Of a DNA stretch of 64,000 nucleotides, positions 39,950 through 50,468 are shown piece by piece. Under the pieces are notes generated by a model. It was not told where the DNA came from and did no database searches. It worked only from the letters and a program-made list of their open reading frames with translations. Numbering within the stretch: the stretch's first letter is position 1; each line of letters begins with the position of its first letter. Source of the stretch: Bacteroidales bacterium (GTDB lineage Bacteria; Bacteroidota; Bacteroidia; Bacteroidales; P3); assembly GCA_031551725.1 (NCBI GenBank), contig JAVBNF010000002.1, forward strand, positions 2,296-66,295, read 5' to 3'. A program made the translations under genes and the position numbers.

Positions 39950-41293
39950 ATGAAAAGATTTATAGAAACATTGAGAAATATCTCCAAGATTGAAGAATTG
40001 CGCAAACGCATTCTTTATACCTTGGGTATTGTCATTATTTACCGTATCGGTTCGTACGTAATTCTCCCTGGAGTCGATCCTACCATGCTTAGCGGTTTGC
40101 AAAAGCAAACAAGCGAAGGTTTGTTAGGGTTGTTGAACATGTTCTCCGGAGGTGCATTCTCGAATGCTTCGATCTTTGCGTTGGGTATTATGCCTTATAT
40201 CTCTGCATCCATCGTGATTCAGTTGATGACTATGGCAGTTCCTTATTTCCAAAAAATGCAAAGAGAAGGCGAAAGCGGACGTCGTAAGATGAATCAAATT
40301 ACACGTTTGTTGACGATCGTTATCACTGCTTTCCAAGCTCCTGCATATTTAACTAATTTGATGAACCAAGTTCCTACGGTTGGTTTCGCTCCGTTTACAG
40401 GTGAAGTTCCGGGGATTTTCTTCTGGATTTCATCTACAATTATCTTAACCGCAGGAACGTTGTTCGTAATGTGGTTGGGAGAAAAAATTACTGATAAAGG
40501 TATCGGAAACGGTATTTCATTAATCATTATGATTGGTATTATCGCACGCTTACCGTTCGCATTGTTTGCAGAGTTCACCACTCGTTTGGGAGCTTCCGGC
40601 GGTGGTTTGGTATTCTTTGCTATTGAGTTGGTGATGTTGATTGTGGTAATCTTCTTGTGTATCTTATTGGTACAAGGAACGCGCCGCGTGCCGGTACAAT
40701 ATGCAAAACGTATTGTGGGTAACAAACAATATGGAGGTGTTCGTCAATATTTGCCGATGAAAGTTAACTCTGCAGGTGTAATGCCTATCATCTTTGCGCA
40801 AGCAATCATGTTTATACCGGTAACGGTCGCAGGTTTTGTTTCTCCCGAGTCGGTAAACTCCGGTTTTTGGAGAGCATTGATGAACTTCAACGGATTTTGG
40901 TATAACTTCGTATTTGCAGTGATGATTATTGCGTTCACTTACTTCTATACAGCAGTAACAATGAATTCGCAACAAATAGCAGACGATATGAAGAAAAACG
41001 GCGGCTTTATTCCCGGTATCAAACCCGGTAGAAAAACCGCAGAGTTTATTGATGAAATTATTTCGAGAATAACGTTGCCCGGTTCTATTTTCTTGGCGAT
41101 TGTGGCTATCATGCCTGCTATCGTGAGATTGACCGGAGTGAATACACAATTTGCACAATTTTACGGTGGTACTTCGCTTTTGATCTTGGTGGGTGTTGTT
41201 TTAGACACTTTGCAACAAATCGAAAGTCATTTGTTGATGCGTCACTATGATGGTTTGACAAAATCCGGACGTATCAAAGGCCGTAACGGATAA
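39950..41293 (+). CDS. secY: Preprotein translocase subunit SecY
   Basis: 10-TM profile; LGIMPYISASIVIQL. Confidence 0.96.
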   Translation: MKRFIETLRNISKIEELRKRILYTLGIVIIYRIGSYVILPGVDPTMLSGLQKQTSEGLLGLLNMFSGGAFSNASIFALGIMPYISASIVIQLMTMAVPYFQKMQREGESGRRKMNQITRLLTIVITAFQAPAYLTNLMNQVPTVGFAPFTGEVPGIFFWISSTIILTAGTLFVMWLGEKITDKGIGNGISLIIMIGIIARLPFALFAEFTTRLGASGGGLVFFAIELVMLIVVIFLCILLVQGTRRVPVQYAKRIVGNKQYGGVRQYLPMKVNSAGVMPIIFAQAIMFIPVTVAGFVSPESVNSGFWRALMNFNGFWYNFVFAVMIIAFTYFYTAVTMNSQQIADDMKKNGGFIPGIKPGRKTAEFIDEIISRITLPGSIFLAIVAIMPAIVRLTGVNTQFAQFYGGTSLLILVGVVLDTLQQIESHLLMRHYDGLTKSGRIKGRNG

Positions 41294-41302
41294 TAAATTT
41301 GA

Positions 41303-42097
41303 ATGTTGAAATTGTTTAAGATGGTCAACATTTATAACGACCAAGAGGTCGAGTTAATAAGAGAAAGTTCTTTACTTGTTGGAAAAACGCTGGCAGAAGT
41401 AGCGAAGCATGTCAAACCGGGTGTTGAAACCTTGAAGCTGGACACAATTGCAGAGGCTTTTATCCGCGACCACGGTGCAGTTCCGGGTTTCAAGGGATAT
41501 GGAGGATTTCCTTATACTTTGTGTATTTCGGTAAACGAAGTAGTGGTACACGGACTTCCAAGCAAATACGTGTTGCAAGAAGGCGATATTGTTTCTGTTG
41601 ACTGCGGTGCTATAAAAAATGGTATGAATGGCGATGTTGCTTATACCTTTGCAGTTGGAGAGATTTCTCCGGAAAAGAAACAGTTGATGCAGGTGACCAA
41701 AGATGCTTTGTACAAAGGTATTGAAATGGCAGTTGCAGGTTTGCGCACAGGCGATATTGGAAATGCAGTTCAAACGTATAGCGAATCGTTTGGCTACGGA
41801 GTGGTTAGAGAATTAATCGGACACGGAGTGGGACGGAAGTTACATGAAAAACCGGATGTTCCGAATTATGGACACAAAGGAAGCGGATCCATGCTGAAAG
41901 ACGGGATGGTGATTGCAATTGAGCCGATGATTACGCTTGGGCATCATAAGATTTGGATGGCTAAAGACGGTACGGTAAGTACGGTTGATAAACGTCCGGC
42001 TGCACATTATGAGCATGATGTTGTGATTCGCAAAGGTAAAGCCGATATTTTGTCGAGCTACGATGAGATTGAGAAAGTGTTAGCGTTGAACAATTAG
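41303..42097 (+). CDS. map: Type I methionine aminopeptidase
   Basis: VVHGLP, DCGA..NGM.GD, HGVGR.LHE metal-ligand motifs. The start (41303 or 41321) is uncertain. Confidence 0.92.
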   Translation: MLKLFKMVNIYNDQEVELIRESSLLVGKTLAEVAKHVKPGVETLKLDTIAEAFIRDHGAVPGFKGYGGFPYTLCISVNEVVVHGLPSKYVLQEGDIVSVDCGAIKNGMNGDVAYTFAVGEISPEKKQLMQVTKDALYKGIEMAVAGLRTGDIGNAVQTYSESFGYGVVRELIGHGVGRKLHEKPDVPNYGHKGSGSMLKDGMVIAIEPMITLGHHKIWMAKDGTVSTVDKRPAAHYEHDVVIRKGKADILSSYDEIEKVLALNN

Positions 42098-42135
42098 TAG
42101 AAAAAAAATAAAAGTTATTTAAACAATAAAAAAAG

Positions 42136-42354
<219 letters not shown>

Positions 42355-42436
42355 AGAAATGTTGATTTGCTTGTTTGCGAATTTGAATGGCTCAAATAAA
42401 CGGATAATCAAATAAACGAAAAAAACAAAAAGAACA

Positions 42437-42553
42437 ATGAAAGTAAGACCTTCAGTAAAGAAAAGATCTCCCGAATGCAAGATTGTTCGCAGAAACGGAG
42501 TTGTTTACGTAATCAACAAAAAAAATCCTAAGTACAAACAACGTCAAGGATAA
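42437..42553 (+). CDS. rpmJ: 50S ribosomal protein L36 (38 aa; below the ORF-track cutoff)
   Basis: My own translation gives [38 protein letters not shown]. Confidence 0.92.
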   Translation: MKVRPSVKKRSPECKIVRRNGVVYVINKKNPKYKQRQG

Positions 42554-42608
42554 TTTGGTTTCGTAAGAAAAAAACATTAAATTTGTAAAATAAATTCAAT
42601 ATTAAAGA

Positions 42609-42986
42609 ATGGCACGTATAGCAGGTATCGATTTACCGAAAAACAAGAGAGGTGAGATTGGATTGACCTATATTTACGGTATAGGACGTAGCACCGCTCA
42701 AAAGATTTTAGCGCAAGCAGGCATTGATTTCAACAAAAAAGTTCAAGATTGGAATGACGATGAATTGGGAAAAATTCGTAACATTATCAATGATGAGTTG
42801 AAAGTGGAAGGTGCATTGCGTTCGGAAGTACAAATGAATATCAAACGTTTGATGGACATTGGTTGCTACCGCGGTATTCGTCATCGTTTGGGCTTACCTT
42901 TGAGAGGACAAAGCACGAAAAACAATGCTCGTACACGTAAAGGTCGCAAGAAAACGGTTGCAAATAAAAAGAAAGCACCTAAATAA
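42609..42986 (+). CDS. rpsM: 30S ribosomal protein S13
   Basis: [14 protein letters not shown]. Confidence 0.97.
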   Translation: MARIAGIDLPKNKRGEIGLTYIYGIGRSTAQKILAQAGIDFNKKVQDWNDDELGKIRNIINDELKVEGALRSEVQMNIKRLMDIGCYRGIRHRLGLPLRGQSTKNNARTRKGRKKTVANKKKAPK

Positions 42987-43076
42987 TAATTGACAATGGC
43001 GAATTGACAATTGATAATGTTTTCAATTGTTGCTTCGAGAATAATTGACGAAAATAAGAATAAAGATAATAAAAAC

Positions 43077-43466
43077 ATGGCAAAGACTGCTAAAGTAACA
43101 AAAAAACGGATCGTAAAGATTGAGCCTCAAGGTAAGGCGTATGTTTGTGCGTCGTTCAACAATGTAATTATTTCATTGACGAACAATGCCGGACAGGTGA
43201 TTTCTTGGTCGTCGGCAGGAAAAATGGGATTCAAAGGATCTAAAAAGAACACTCCGTATGCAGCTCAAGTAGCGGCGAGTGACTGCGCAAAAGTAGCATT
43301 CGACCTCGGTTTGAGAAAAGTAAAAGTATTCGTAAAAGGTCCAGGAGCAGGTCGTGAATCTGCAATCCGTACCATTCATGGTGCCGGTATCGAGGTGACG
43401 GAAATTATGGATGTAACTCCACTTCCGCACAATGGTTGCCGTCCTCCGAAAAGACGTAGAATCTAA
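43077..43466 (+). CDS. rpsK: 30S ribosomal protein S11
   Basis: [12 protein letters not shown]...SWSSAG; ATG at 43077 is preferred. Confidence 0.95.
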   Translation: MAKTAKVTKKRIVKIEPQGKAYVCASFNNVIISLTNNAGQVISWSSAGKMGFKGSKKNTPYAAQVAASDCAKVAFDLGLRKVKVFVKGPGAGRESAIRTIHGAGIEVTEIMDVTPLPHNGCRPPKRRRI

Positions 43467-43535
43467 TTTTAGTTAAGAAAAATAATCGAGTTGACCTTGT
43501 TTTAATCAACTCAATAAATCAGCATAAGTAAAAAT

Positions 43536-44141
43536 ATGGCACGATACAGAGGTCCCAAATCAAAAATCGCAAGAAAGTTTCAAGAACCGATTTTTGGCGC
43601 GGATAAAGCGTTAGAAAGAAAAAAATACGGTCCGGGTCAACACGGTCCGAGCAAACGCCGTGGAAAGCAATCTGAATACGGTATTCAGTTGCAAGAAAAA
43701 CAAAAGGCAAAATACACTTACGGTATTTTGGAAAAACAATTCCGTAAATTGTTTGCTCAAGCAACCCGTAAAAAAGGTATTACCGGTGAAGTATTGCTTC
43801 AATTGATCGAATCTCGTTTGGATAACGTTGTTTACCGTTTAGGAATTTCTCCTTCTCGTTGCGGAGCGCGCCAATTGGTTGGCCACCGTCACATCACTGT
43901 AAACGGTGAAGTTGTAAATGTTGCTTCTTACTTGTTGAGACCGGGCGATATCGTTGCAGTTCGCGAAAAATCCAAATCGATGGAGGTGATCGTAAACTCT
44001 TTAGAAGGTTCGGTAAATCAACACAACTGGTTGGAATGGGACAGAAACTCTATGAGCGGTAAGTTCATCAGCTATCCGGAAAGAGAAAGCATTCCTGAAA
44101 ACATCAAGGAACAATTGATCGTTGAGTTGTACTCTAAATAA
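43536..44141 (+). CDS. rpsD: 30S ribosomal protein S4
   Basis: [15 protein letters not shown]; S4 domain. Confidence 0.97.
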   Translation: MARYRGPKSKIARKFQEPIFGADKALERKKYGPGQHGPSKRRGKQSEYGIQLQEKQKAKYTYGILEKQFRKLFAQATRKKGITGEVLLQLIESRLDNVVYRLGISPSRCGARQLVGHRHITVNGEVVNVASYLLRPGDIVAVREKSKSMEVIVNSLEGSVNQHNWLEWDRNSMSGKFISYPERESIPENIKEQLIVELYSK

Positions 44142-44254
44142 TAGTTTGAGTGTTTAGAAAGTTTGAGAAGTTTGGATAGTTTCAACGGTTTCAAAGTTTC
44201 AAAAGTCAGCATTCAACGTTAAAAAAAGTTTTTAAACAATAAAAAAATAAATAA

Positions 44255-45247
44255 ATGGCCATTTTAGCTTTTCAGAAACCCGAGAAGGTGATAATGCTCA
44301 AATCGGATGACACGCAAGGTTTGTTTGAGTTTCGTCCATTGGAGCCGGGCTACGGTATTACGATTGGTAATGCATTACGTAGAATTTTGTTATCCTCTCT
44401 CGAAGGTTATGCCATTACATCCGTTCGTATTGAAGGCGTAGAACACGAATTTGCAACTATGAAAGGCGTGCTCGAAGATGTAACAAATATCGTTTTGAAT
44501 TTGAAACAAGTGCGCTTCAAACAACAAATTGAAGGAGTAAATAATGAGAAAATCAAAGTTTCTATCTCCGGTCAAAATGTTCTTAAAGCAGGTGATTTCA
44601 ACAAATATTTGAATGGTTTCCAAGTTTTGAATCCGGATTTCGAAATTTGCCACATGGAGCCGAATGTGAAGTTGGTAATGGAGTTGACGGTCAACAAAGG
44701 TCGCGGTTACGTTCCTTCTGAGGAAAATAAAGGTGTTTCGGACGCAATCGGAACGATTGCCATGGATTCTATCCATACACCTATCCGCAACGTGAAATAC
44801 GAGATTGAAAACTATCGTGTGGAACAAAAAACCGACTATGAAAAATTGGTTTTAGAAGTAACCACCGACGGTTCGATTGCACCGAAAGATGCATTGAAAG
44901 AAGCGGCTAAAATTTTGGTTTTCCACTTCATGTTGTTCTCTGACGAGAAAATCGCAGTTAGCCTTGAAGAAAAAACATTGAATGAGTCGTTTGACGAAAA
45001 TGATTTGCACATGCGTCAATTGTTGAAAACCAAATTGGTTGATATGGATCTTTCTGTTCGCGCATTGAACTGCTTGCGCGCTGCAGAAGTAGAAACACTC
45101 GGCGAACTTGTAGCTTTCAATAAAAACGATTTATTGAAATTCCGCAATTTCGGAAAGAAATCCTTGACAGAGCTTGAACAACTTGTTAAGAGCAAAAGTT
45201 TGGAATTCGGTATGAATGTTGCTAAATACAAATTGGATAAAGACTAG
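44255..45247 (+). CDS. rpoA: DNA-directed RNA polymerase subunit alpha
   Basis: [25 protein letters not shown]; C-terminal LSVRALNCL. Confidence 0.97.
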   Translation: MAILAFQKPEKVIMLKSDDTQGLFEFRPLEPGYGITIGNALRRILLSSLEGYAITSVRIEGVEHEFATMKGVLEDVTNIVLNLKQVRFKQQIEGVNNEKIKVSISGQNVLKAGDFNKYLNGFQVLNPDFEICHMEPNVKLVMELTVNKGRGYVPSEENKGVSDAIGTIAMDSIHTPIRNVKYEIENYRVEQKTDYEKLVLEVTTDGSIAPKDALKEAAKILVFHFMLFSDEKIAVSLEEKTLNESFDENDLHMRQLLKTKLVDMDLSVRALNCLRAAEVETLGELVAFNKNDLLKFRNFGKKSLTELEQLVKSKSLEFGMNVAKYKLDKD

Positions 45248-45341
45248 TTAGTCGATAATAATAACGGGATGGCCACGCTGCGCTCGCCATGATAGGAGAG
45301 TAGCTAATTGATAAGAACAAAGAAAAAAAGAATAGACCGCA

Positions 45342-45947
45342 ATGAGACACGGAAAGAAATTTAATAAATTAAGCAGAACACACGCACACAGACAACAAAT
45401 GTTGTCGAATATGGCTTCTTCATTGATTATGCACAAACGTATCAATACGACGTTGGCGAAAGCAAAAGCTTTGAGAATCTATGTAGAACCTTTGTTGACT
45501 AAATCGAAAGAAGATTCTACGAATTCTCGCCGTGTTGTTTTCAGTTATTTGCAAAATAAAGAAGCGGTAACTGAATTGTTCAGAGAAGTAGCTCAAAAAA
45601 TTGCAAATCGTCCAGGTGGTTACACACGTATCTTGAAAACAGGATACCGTATCGGTGACAATGCTGAAATGGCGATGGTTGAGTTGGTGGATTACAACGA
45701 AAACATGTTGGGAGGTGGTAAAAAAGCTGCAGCTAAAGCGAAAACTCGTCGTGCCGGCGGTGCTCGCAAAAAAGCCGAAACCGCAGAAGTTGAAGCATCT
45801 GAAGTAGCAGAAGTTGCTGTTGAAGGCGAAGTGGCAGAAGCTGCTCCAAAAGCGGCTAAAAAACCTGCTGCAAAGAAACCGAAAGCAGAAGGCGAAGAAG
45901 CTCCTAAACCGAAGAAAACTGCTGCTAAAAAAGCAACAGAGGAGTAG
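45342..45947 (+). CDS. rplQ: 50S ribosomal protein L17 with an A/K/E-rich C-terminal extension
   Basis: [16 protein letters not shown]; tail [22 protein letters not shown]. Confidence 0.95.
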   Translation: MRHGKKFNKLSRTHAHRQQMLSNMASSLIMHKRINTTLAKAKALRIYVEPLLTKSKEDSTNSRRVVFSYLQNKEAVTELFREVAQKIANRPGGYTRILKTGYRIGDNAEMAMVELVDYNENMLGGGKKAAAKAKTRRAGGARKKAETAEVEASEVAEVAVEGEVAEAAPKAAKKPAAKKPKAEGEEAPKPKKTAAKKATEE

Positions 45948-45965
45948 TCTTACAAAATCAAATAG

Positions 45966-46001
45966 AAAAAAGCCATCGAAAGAGATTTCGATGGCTTTTT
46001 T
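45966..46001 (+). terminator. Intrinsic terminator ending the alpha operon
   Basis: AGCCATCGAAA...TTTCGATGGCT stem followed by TTTTT. Confidence 0.8.
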
Positions 46002-46105
46002 AGTTTACGGAATGTTCAATTAATTTTTGTTTTGTGAAAGGAGTCTAAACTTTAAAAACGACACAGGTTCGTTTGAAAGTCGCGCAATAAATTAGATTTG
46101 TTCTT

Positions 46106-47011
46106 TTAGGAATTTCGAAGTTGTTTTTTTTCTTTCCAGATTTGGTAAATCATATCAGCACTGTATAGAGCCAAGCCCACCCAGATAAAGGAAAAACAGA
46201 TGGTGTGCGCTTTTGTGAAACTTTCGTTGAAAAAGAAAATACCTAAAAATAACTGACAAGTCGGCGAGATATATTGCAAAAAGCCGTTGGTTGAAAATGG
46301 AATTTTTGTTGCTGATATTCCAAACCACAATAACGGTAATGCTGTTACGATACCGGCGCAAATCAACAAAGCATCAGTTGAAATCGATATGTTTGTAAAA
46401 GCGCTTTGCCCGGTACTTATCAAGTAAATTAAATAAGCCAGCGCAAACGGCAGCATCATGGCCGTTTCAAGGGTTAAACTGAGCATTGACTCAATTTTCA
46501 ATTGCTTTTTGATGCTTCCATAAATGGCAAATGAAATAGCAATCACCATACCAACCACCGGAAAACTTCCGTGCTGCCATGTGAAATAAGCCACACCAAC
46601 GAATGCTAAAATAATGGCAATGAGTTGGGTGAGATTAAATTTTTCTTTAAAGAAAATCGCGCCAATCGCTACTAAAATCAATGGAATAATAAAATATCCC
46701 AAACTTGCATCTAATACGTGATTATGTGTAACTGCCCAAATGTAAACGCCCCAATTGATGCTCATGACCGCACCGCAGATGAAAAGTTGCAGCATCAGTT
46801 TTCTATCTTTTACCAGATAAAGGATTTTTTCTTTTTTCCATAGTGTACAATAAAGCAACATGAAAAAGAATGACCAAATAATGCGGTTGGCTAACACTTC
46901 CGTGGCTTCAACGTCTTTTAAAAGTATCCAATACAATGGGAAAAAACCCCATGCCAAATTGCTGATGATGCCGTAAAATAAACCTTGTAAATAGGTTTTT
47001 CGATTTTCCAT
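46106..47011 (-). CDS. rarD: EamA/RarD family transporter
   Basis: 10-TM profile; GIISNLAWGFFPLYW; internal ATG (MENRKTY) is preferred. Confidence 0.8.
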   Translation of the reverse strand: MENRKTYLQGLFYGIISNLAWGFFPLYWILLKDVEATEVLANRIIWSFFFMLLYCTLWKKEKILYLVKDRKLMLQLFICGAVMSINWGVYIWAVTHNHVLDASLGYFIIPLILVAIGAIFFKEKFNLTQLIAIILAFVGVAYFTWQHGSFPVVGMVIAISFAIYGSIKKQLKIESMLSLTLETAMMLPFALAYLIYLISTGQSAFTNISISTDALLICAGIVTALPLLWFGISATKIPFSTNGFLQYISPTCQLFLGIFFFNESFTKAHTICFSFIWVGLALYSADMIYQIWKEKKQLRNS

Positions 47012-47168
47012 AAAGAATAGTTCTAAATTTTTATGCAAATATACAACATTCAAATCAAAATTGTTGATTTTTTGCAAATTTGCAGCTTAAAAAACAGTAA
47101 GACCTGTAAGATTGTAAAAAAAAATCTTACCATCTTACGCGTCTTACGGTTTTACGATCTTTTTTTTG

Positions 47169-47176
47169 TACCTTTG
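47169..47176 (+). promoter_or_regulatory. -7 promoter box TACCTTTG, 6 nt before the mnmA ATG
   Basis: TAnnTTTG match. Confidence 0.45.
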
Positions 47177-47181
47177 TACAA

Positions 47182-48258
47182 ATGTCCTCAAAAATGAAAA
47201 TTGCAGCTTTAGTTTCCGGTGGTGTCGATAGTTCCGTAGTTGTTCATCAACTCAAGGAACAAGGCTATGATCCGACCATTTTCTATATTAAAATCGGTAT
47301 GGAGGATGAGCACGGTTATGTCGATTGTCCGTCGGAAGAAGATATTGAAATTACAGATTATATTGCAAAAAAATACGGCTGTAAGTTTGAAATTATTTCA
47401 TTGCATGATGAATATTGGGAAAATGTGGTGAAATACACCATCGAATCTGTTCGTCGCGGACAAACGCCCAATCCGGATATGATGTGCAACAAGCTCATCA
47501 AATTCGGCGCTTTCGAGCAGAAATACGGACATGAATTTGATAAAATTGCAACCGGACATTATGCTACAACAACGATTGTTGATGGCAAAACGTTCCTTTC
47601 CACCGCAAAAGATAAAATTAAGGACCAAACCTATTTTCTCGGACAAATCAACTACATGCAATTGTCGAAACTCATGTTTCCGATTGGACATTTGTTGAAA
47701 TCCGAAGTGCGTGAAATAGCGTTGCAACAAAAGTTGCCGAGTGCAACCAGAAAAGACAGTCAGGGCATTTGTTTTTTAGGGAAAATCAATTACAACGATT
47801 TTATCAAACGTTATTTGGGCGAACAGGAAGGTCCGATTATCGAGCTTGAAACCGGGAAAATTTTAGGTAAACATAAAGGTTATTGGTTTCACACCATTGG
47901 TCAACGTCGTGGCTTGGAGCTCAGTGGTGGGCCGTGGTTTGTGGTGAAAAAAGACATGGAGCAAAACATTGTTTATGTTGCCAATGGTTACGATCCGGAA
48001 TTGCAATATGGAAAAACTGTGAAATTGCGAGGCTTTGAGTTCTTAACCGAAGATGTTTGGAACGGTTTGCCCGAAGAGCGCGACATCCTTTTCAAAATCC
48101 GCCATACGCCTGATTTTACACAAGGTCGTATTCGCAAAGAAAACGATTTATACATTATCGAATCCACTGAAAAAATCCAAGGCATTGCCGCCGGACAATT
48201 CGGGGTTGTGTATGATACCGAAGCTAAACTTTGCTTGGGGAGCGGAGTGATAATGTAA
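47182..48258 (+). CDS. mnmA: tRNA 2-thiouridine(34) synthase MnmA
   Basis: PP-loop [11 protein letters not shown]; TPNPDMMCN; ATGHYA. Confidence 0.93.
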   Translation: MSSKMKIAALVSGGVDSSVVVHQLKEQGYDPTIFYIKIGMEDEHGYVDCPSEEDIEITDYIAKKYGCKFEIISLHDEYWENVVKYTIESVRRGQTPNPDMMCNKLIKFGAFEQKYGHEFDKIATGHYATTTIVDGKTFLSTAKDKIKDQTYFLGQINYMQLSKLMFPIGHLLKSEVREIALQQKLPSATRKDSQGICFLGKINYNDFIKRYLGEQEGPIIELETGKILGKHKGYWFHTIGQRRGLELSGGPWFVVKKDMEQNIVYVANGYDPELQYGKTVKLRGFEFLTEDVWNGLPEERDILFKIRHTPDFTQGRIRKENDLYIIESTEKIQGIAAGQFGVVYDTEAKLCLGSGVIM

Positions 48259-48288
48259 AACAGATTTTGTATTTTTGAAAATAATTCA

Positions 48289-48296
48289 TACCTTTG
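48289..48296 (+). promoter_or_regulatory. -7 promoter box TACCTTTG
   Basis: TAnnTTTG match upstream of structured leader copy 2. Confidence 0.5.
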
Positions 48297-48383
48297 CGAA
48301 ATAAAATAACAAGTTAACGAGGTGACAAGTTAACAAGAAAATAGAAAGTAAAAAATATCGAATAAATTAAACATCATTAAATA

Positions 48384-48555
48384 AAAAGAAAGCGTAAGCT
48401 TTATTCTTTTCAAGAAAACCGCCAAAATTTTCAGAGCAAAAAGAATAATAAGCGATGCGCTCATGCTGTGTTCCGGCGTGAGTTGTGTCTTATTTTTGCT
48501 CGGGTGCTTGGCGGTACCTCTTGAAATAAGAATTCAACTCGCGCCTTTTTATTTA
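48384..48555 (+). ncRNA. Conserved structured leader element, copy 2 (unassigned family)
   Basis: Paralogue of 10196-10370 with an identical 48-nt core and covarying helices. Ends CTCGCGCCTTTTTATTT, 25 nt before the ATG. Confidence 0.55.
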
Positions 48556-48579
48556 ATTCACAATTAAATAAAACACAAC

Positions 48580-50439
48580 ATGAAAACACAATTACTTTGT
48601 AGCAGAAACTCAAGCATGCAGAAATGCAGAAAAATGTTCTATTTCTGCATTTTTACACTTTTGCACTTCTCCTTTATTCCCTCAACCTTTGCCCAAAATG
48701 TGGGCGACATCAAAACTTTCACCGATTCGCGCGATGGGCAAAGCTACAAAGCGGTTTTTATGCCTGACGTCAGATGGTGGATGGCAGAAAATTTAAAATT
48801 TCATACAGGGTTGAATAATCCTGTGTTTGCAGATCATACAACTGCAAATACACTTGCCGCACTGAAAAATACGTATTATTGCCCGGGTTTCGGTCCGTTA
48901 AACACATCACAGAACAAGCAATCAGATCCTTTGTCGTGTGAATATTGGGGAGCTTTATATCCGTGGTGGGCGGCAAATTCAACAGCTCCGGGATATGGCA
49001 TTTGTCCGAATGGATGGCATTTACCGACGGATTTCGAATGGCAATTTCTTATTGATCTTTGCGGTGGAGCAAATGCCGGGAAATTATTGAAAGACAGTAG
49101 ACGTGGGGATTTTGATAATAATCAATCTTGGAATGTTTTATGGACAAATGCTGCTTCTGTAAATAGTGATGCTTTTGGGTTTAAAGTATTGGCTGCGGGC
49201 TTGCGTACTGCTGGCGGAACCTTTGATGGTAACGGAACGCAAGCCCATTTTTGGACAAGCACACCTGTTAATGAAACGGATGTTGCAGCCGGCATTTCTC
49301 GTGGGTTTGGAAACAAGCAGGATAATGTTTCCCGAAATGCTTTAACAACGAATCTCCGGTCGAATGCATATTCGGTGAGATGTGTAGAAGGAGAGTGTAA
49401 AGAAACTATGAATGCGACACTCTCTCCGGTAACACAGGGATGTAATCAGTATCGCACAGTTGCATCGTTTGATGTGATTGAATTTATTCCCGGACAAATT
49501 AAATACCAGACATTTGCTATTTCCGGCCTTTCCGGTGCATCTTATACCACTCCTGTTATTTCGGATATTCCAAGCGGAGTCAGCATAACTTCGTCTGCGA
49601 TAGCGTCTAATCAATTTACATTGACAATTTCCGGAATTACGAATAGAAACCTCAATGCTGCATTTAAAATTAAATTAACGGCAACTCATCCCAAATATTG
49701 TGGCAAAATGGAGCAGGAATTTGTTATTCGACTGCAAATGTATGGAAATAATGGGTATTTTACTGATGCGCGGGACGGTAAAGAATATAGGGCAGTGAAA
49801 ATGCCGGACGGTAAATGGTGGATGGCGGAGGATTTGAATTACAGGACAGGCTTAAGCCAGGGAAGTCAATACTATTGCTATAACAATAATGCTGCAGATT
49901 GTGATGCCTATGGCGCTTTATATACGTTCACTACGGCGATGTCTTTAAATGGAGTAGGGGGATTTTCGAATAGCACTTATTGTGGAACCTTGGGGGCGTG
50001 CCATGTAAATGCTCAAGCGGGCGGCCGAGGAGTGTGTCCCGTTGGCTGGCATGTTCCAACAGACCTTGAATGGAAAACAATGTATAATACAATTGAAAAT
50101 ATTACAGGAGGATTGGCAAATCAGACCAATAGAACCGGCGAATTTGGAACAAATGCAGCCAATTATCTTCGTAAGTGCAATGATATGCAGTACGATTATT
50201 CAGCCATTGATAGGTATGGGTTTTCTGTACGGGCAAGAGGAGGTTATAATACAGACCCCTTTGATACAGGATGGGGATTGGGGTATGTTCAGCAAAATTG
50301 GACTGCATTTTTTTGGACATCATCACCACAAAATAGTCTTTATGCTCGTTATAACTTGATGTACATAGGTTGGGAGAAAGTTGCACATTATGAGCATCCG
50401 TACACAACAGCTTTTGGTGTCCGCTGTGTGGCGAATTAG
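48580..50439 (+). CDS. Secreted protein with two FISUMP domains separated by an Ig-like region
   Basis: Signal peptide FYFCIFTLLHFSFIPSTFAQ. Two copies of the F(T)D.RDG..Y.AV.MPD..WWMAE(N/D)L ... VRCV signature. Confidence 0.85.
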   Translation: MKTQLLCSRNSSMQKCRKMFYFCIFTLLHFSFIPSTFAQNVGDIKTFTDSRDGQSYKAVFMPDVRWWMAENLKFHTGLNNPVFADHTTANTLAALKNTYYCPGFGPLNTSQNKQSDPLSCEYWGALYPWWAANSTAPGYGICPNGWHLPTDFEWQFLIDLCGGANAGKLLKDSRRGDFDNNQSWNVLWTNAASVNSDAFGFKVLAAGLRTAGGTFDGNGTQAHFWTSTPVNETDVAAGISRGFGNKQDNVSRNALTTNLRSNAYSVRCVEGECKETMNATLSPVTQGCNQYRTVASFDVIEFIPGQIKYQTFAISGLSGASYTTPVISDIPSGVSITSSAIASNQFTLTISGITNRNLNAAFKIKLTATHPKYCGKMEQEFVIRLQMYGNNGYFTDARDGKEYRAVKMPDGKWWMAEDLNYRTGLSQGSQYYCYNNNAADCDAYGALYTFTTAMSLNGVGGFSNSTYCGTLGACHVNAQAGGRGVCPVGWHVPTDLEWKTMYNTIENITGGLANQTNRTGEFGTNAANYLRKCNDMQYDYSAIDRYGFSVRARGGYNTDPFDTGWGLGYVQQNWTAFFWTSSPQNSLYARYNLMYIGWEKVAHYEHPYTTAFGVRCVAN

Positions 50440-50468
50440 TGAGTCTTGTCGTGTTATGAAGAATTTAT

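Noticed and set aside
45700-45947. A/K/E-rich C-terminal extension of L17 (and the low-complexity tails of the PSP1 protein and DnaX) as fused extra domains
   Set aside because: These are low-complexity tails without domain signatures. Lys/Ala-rich extensions of ribosomal proteins are common in Bacteroidota, so this is not treated as a separate feature.
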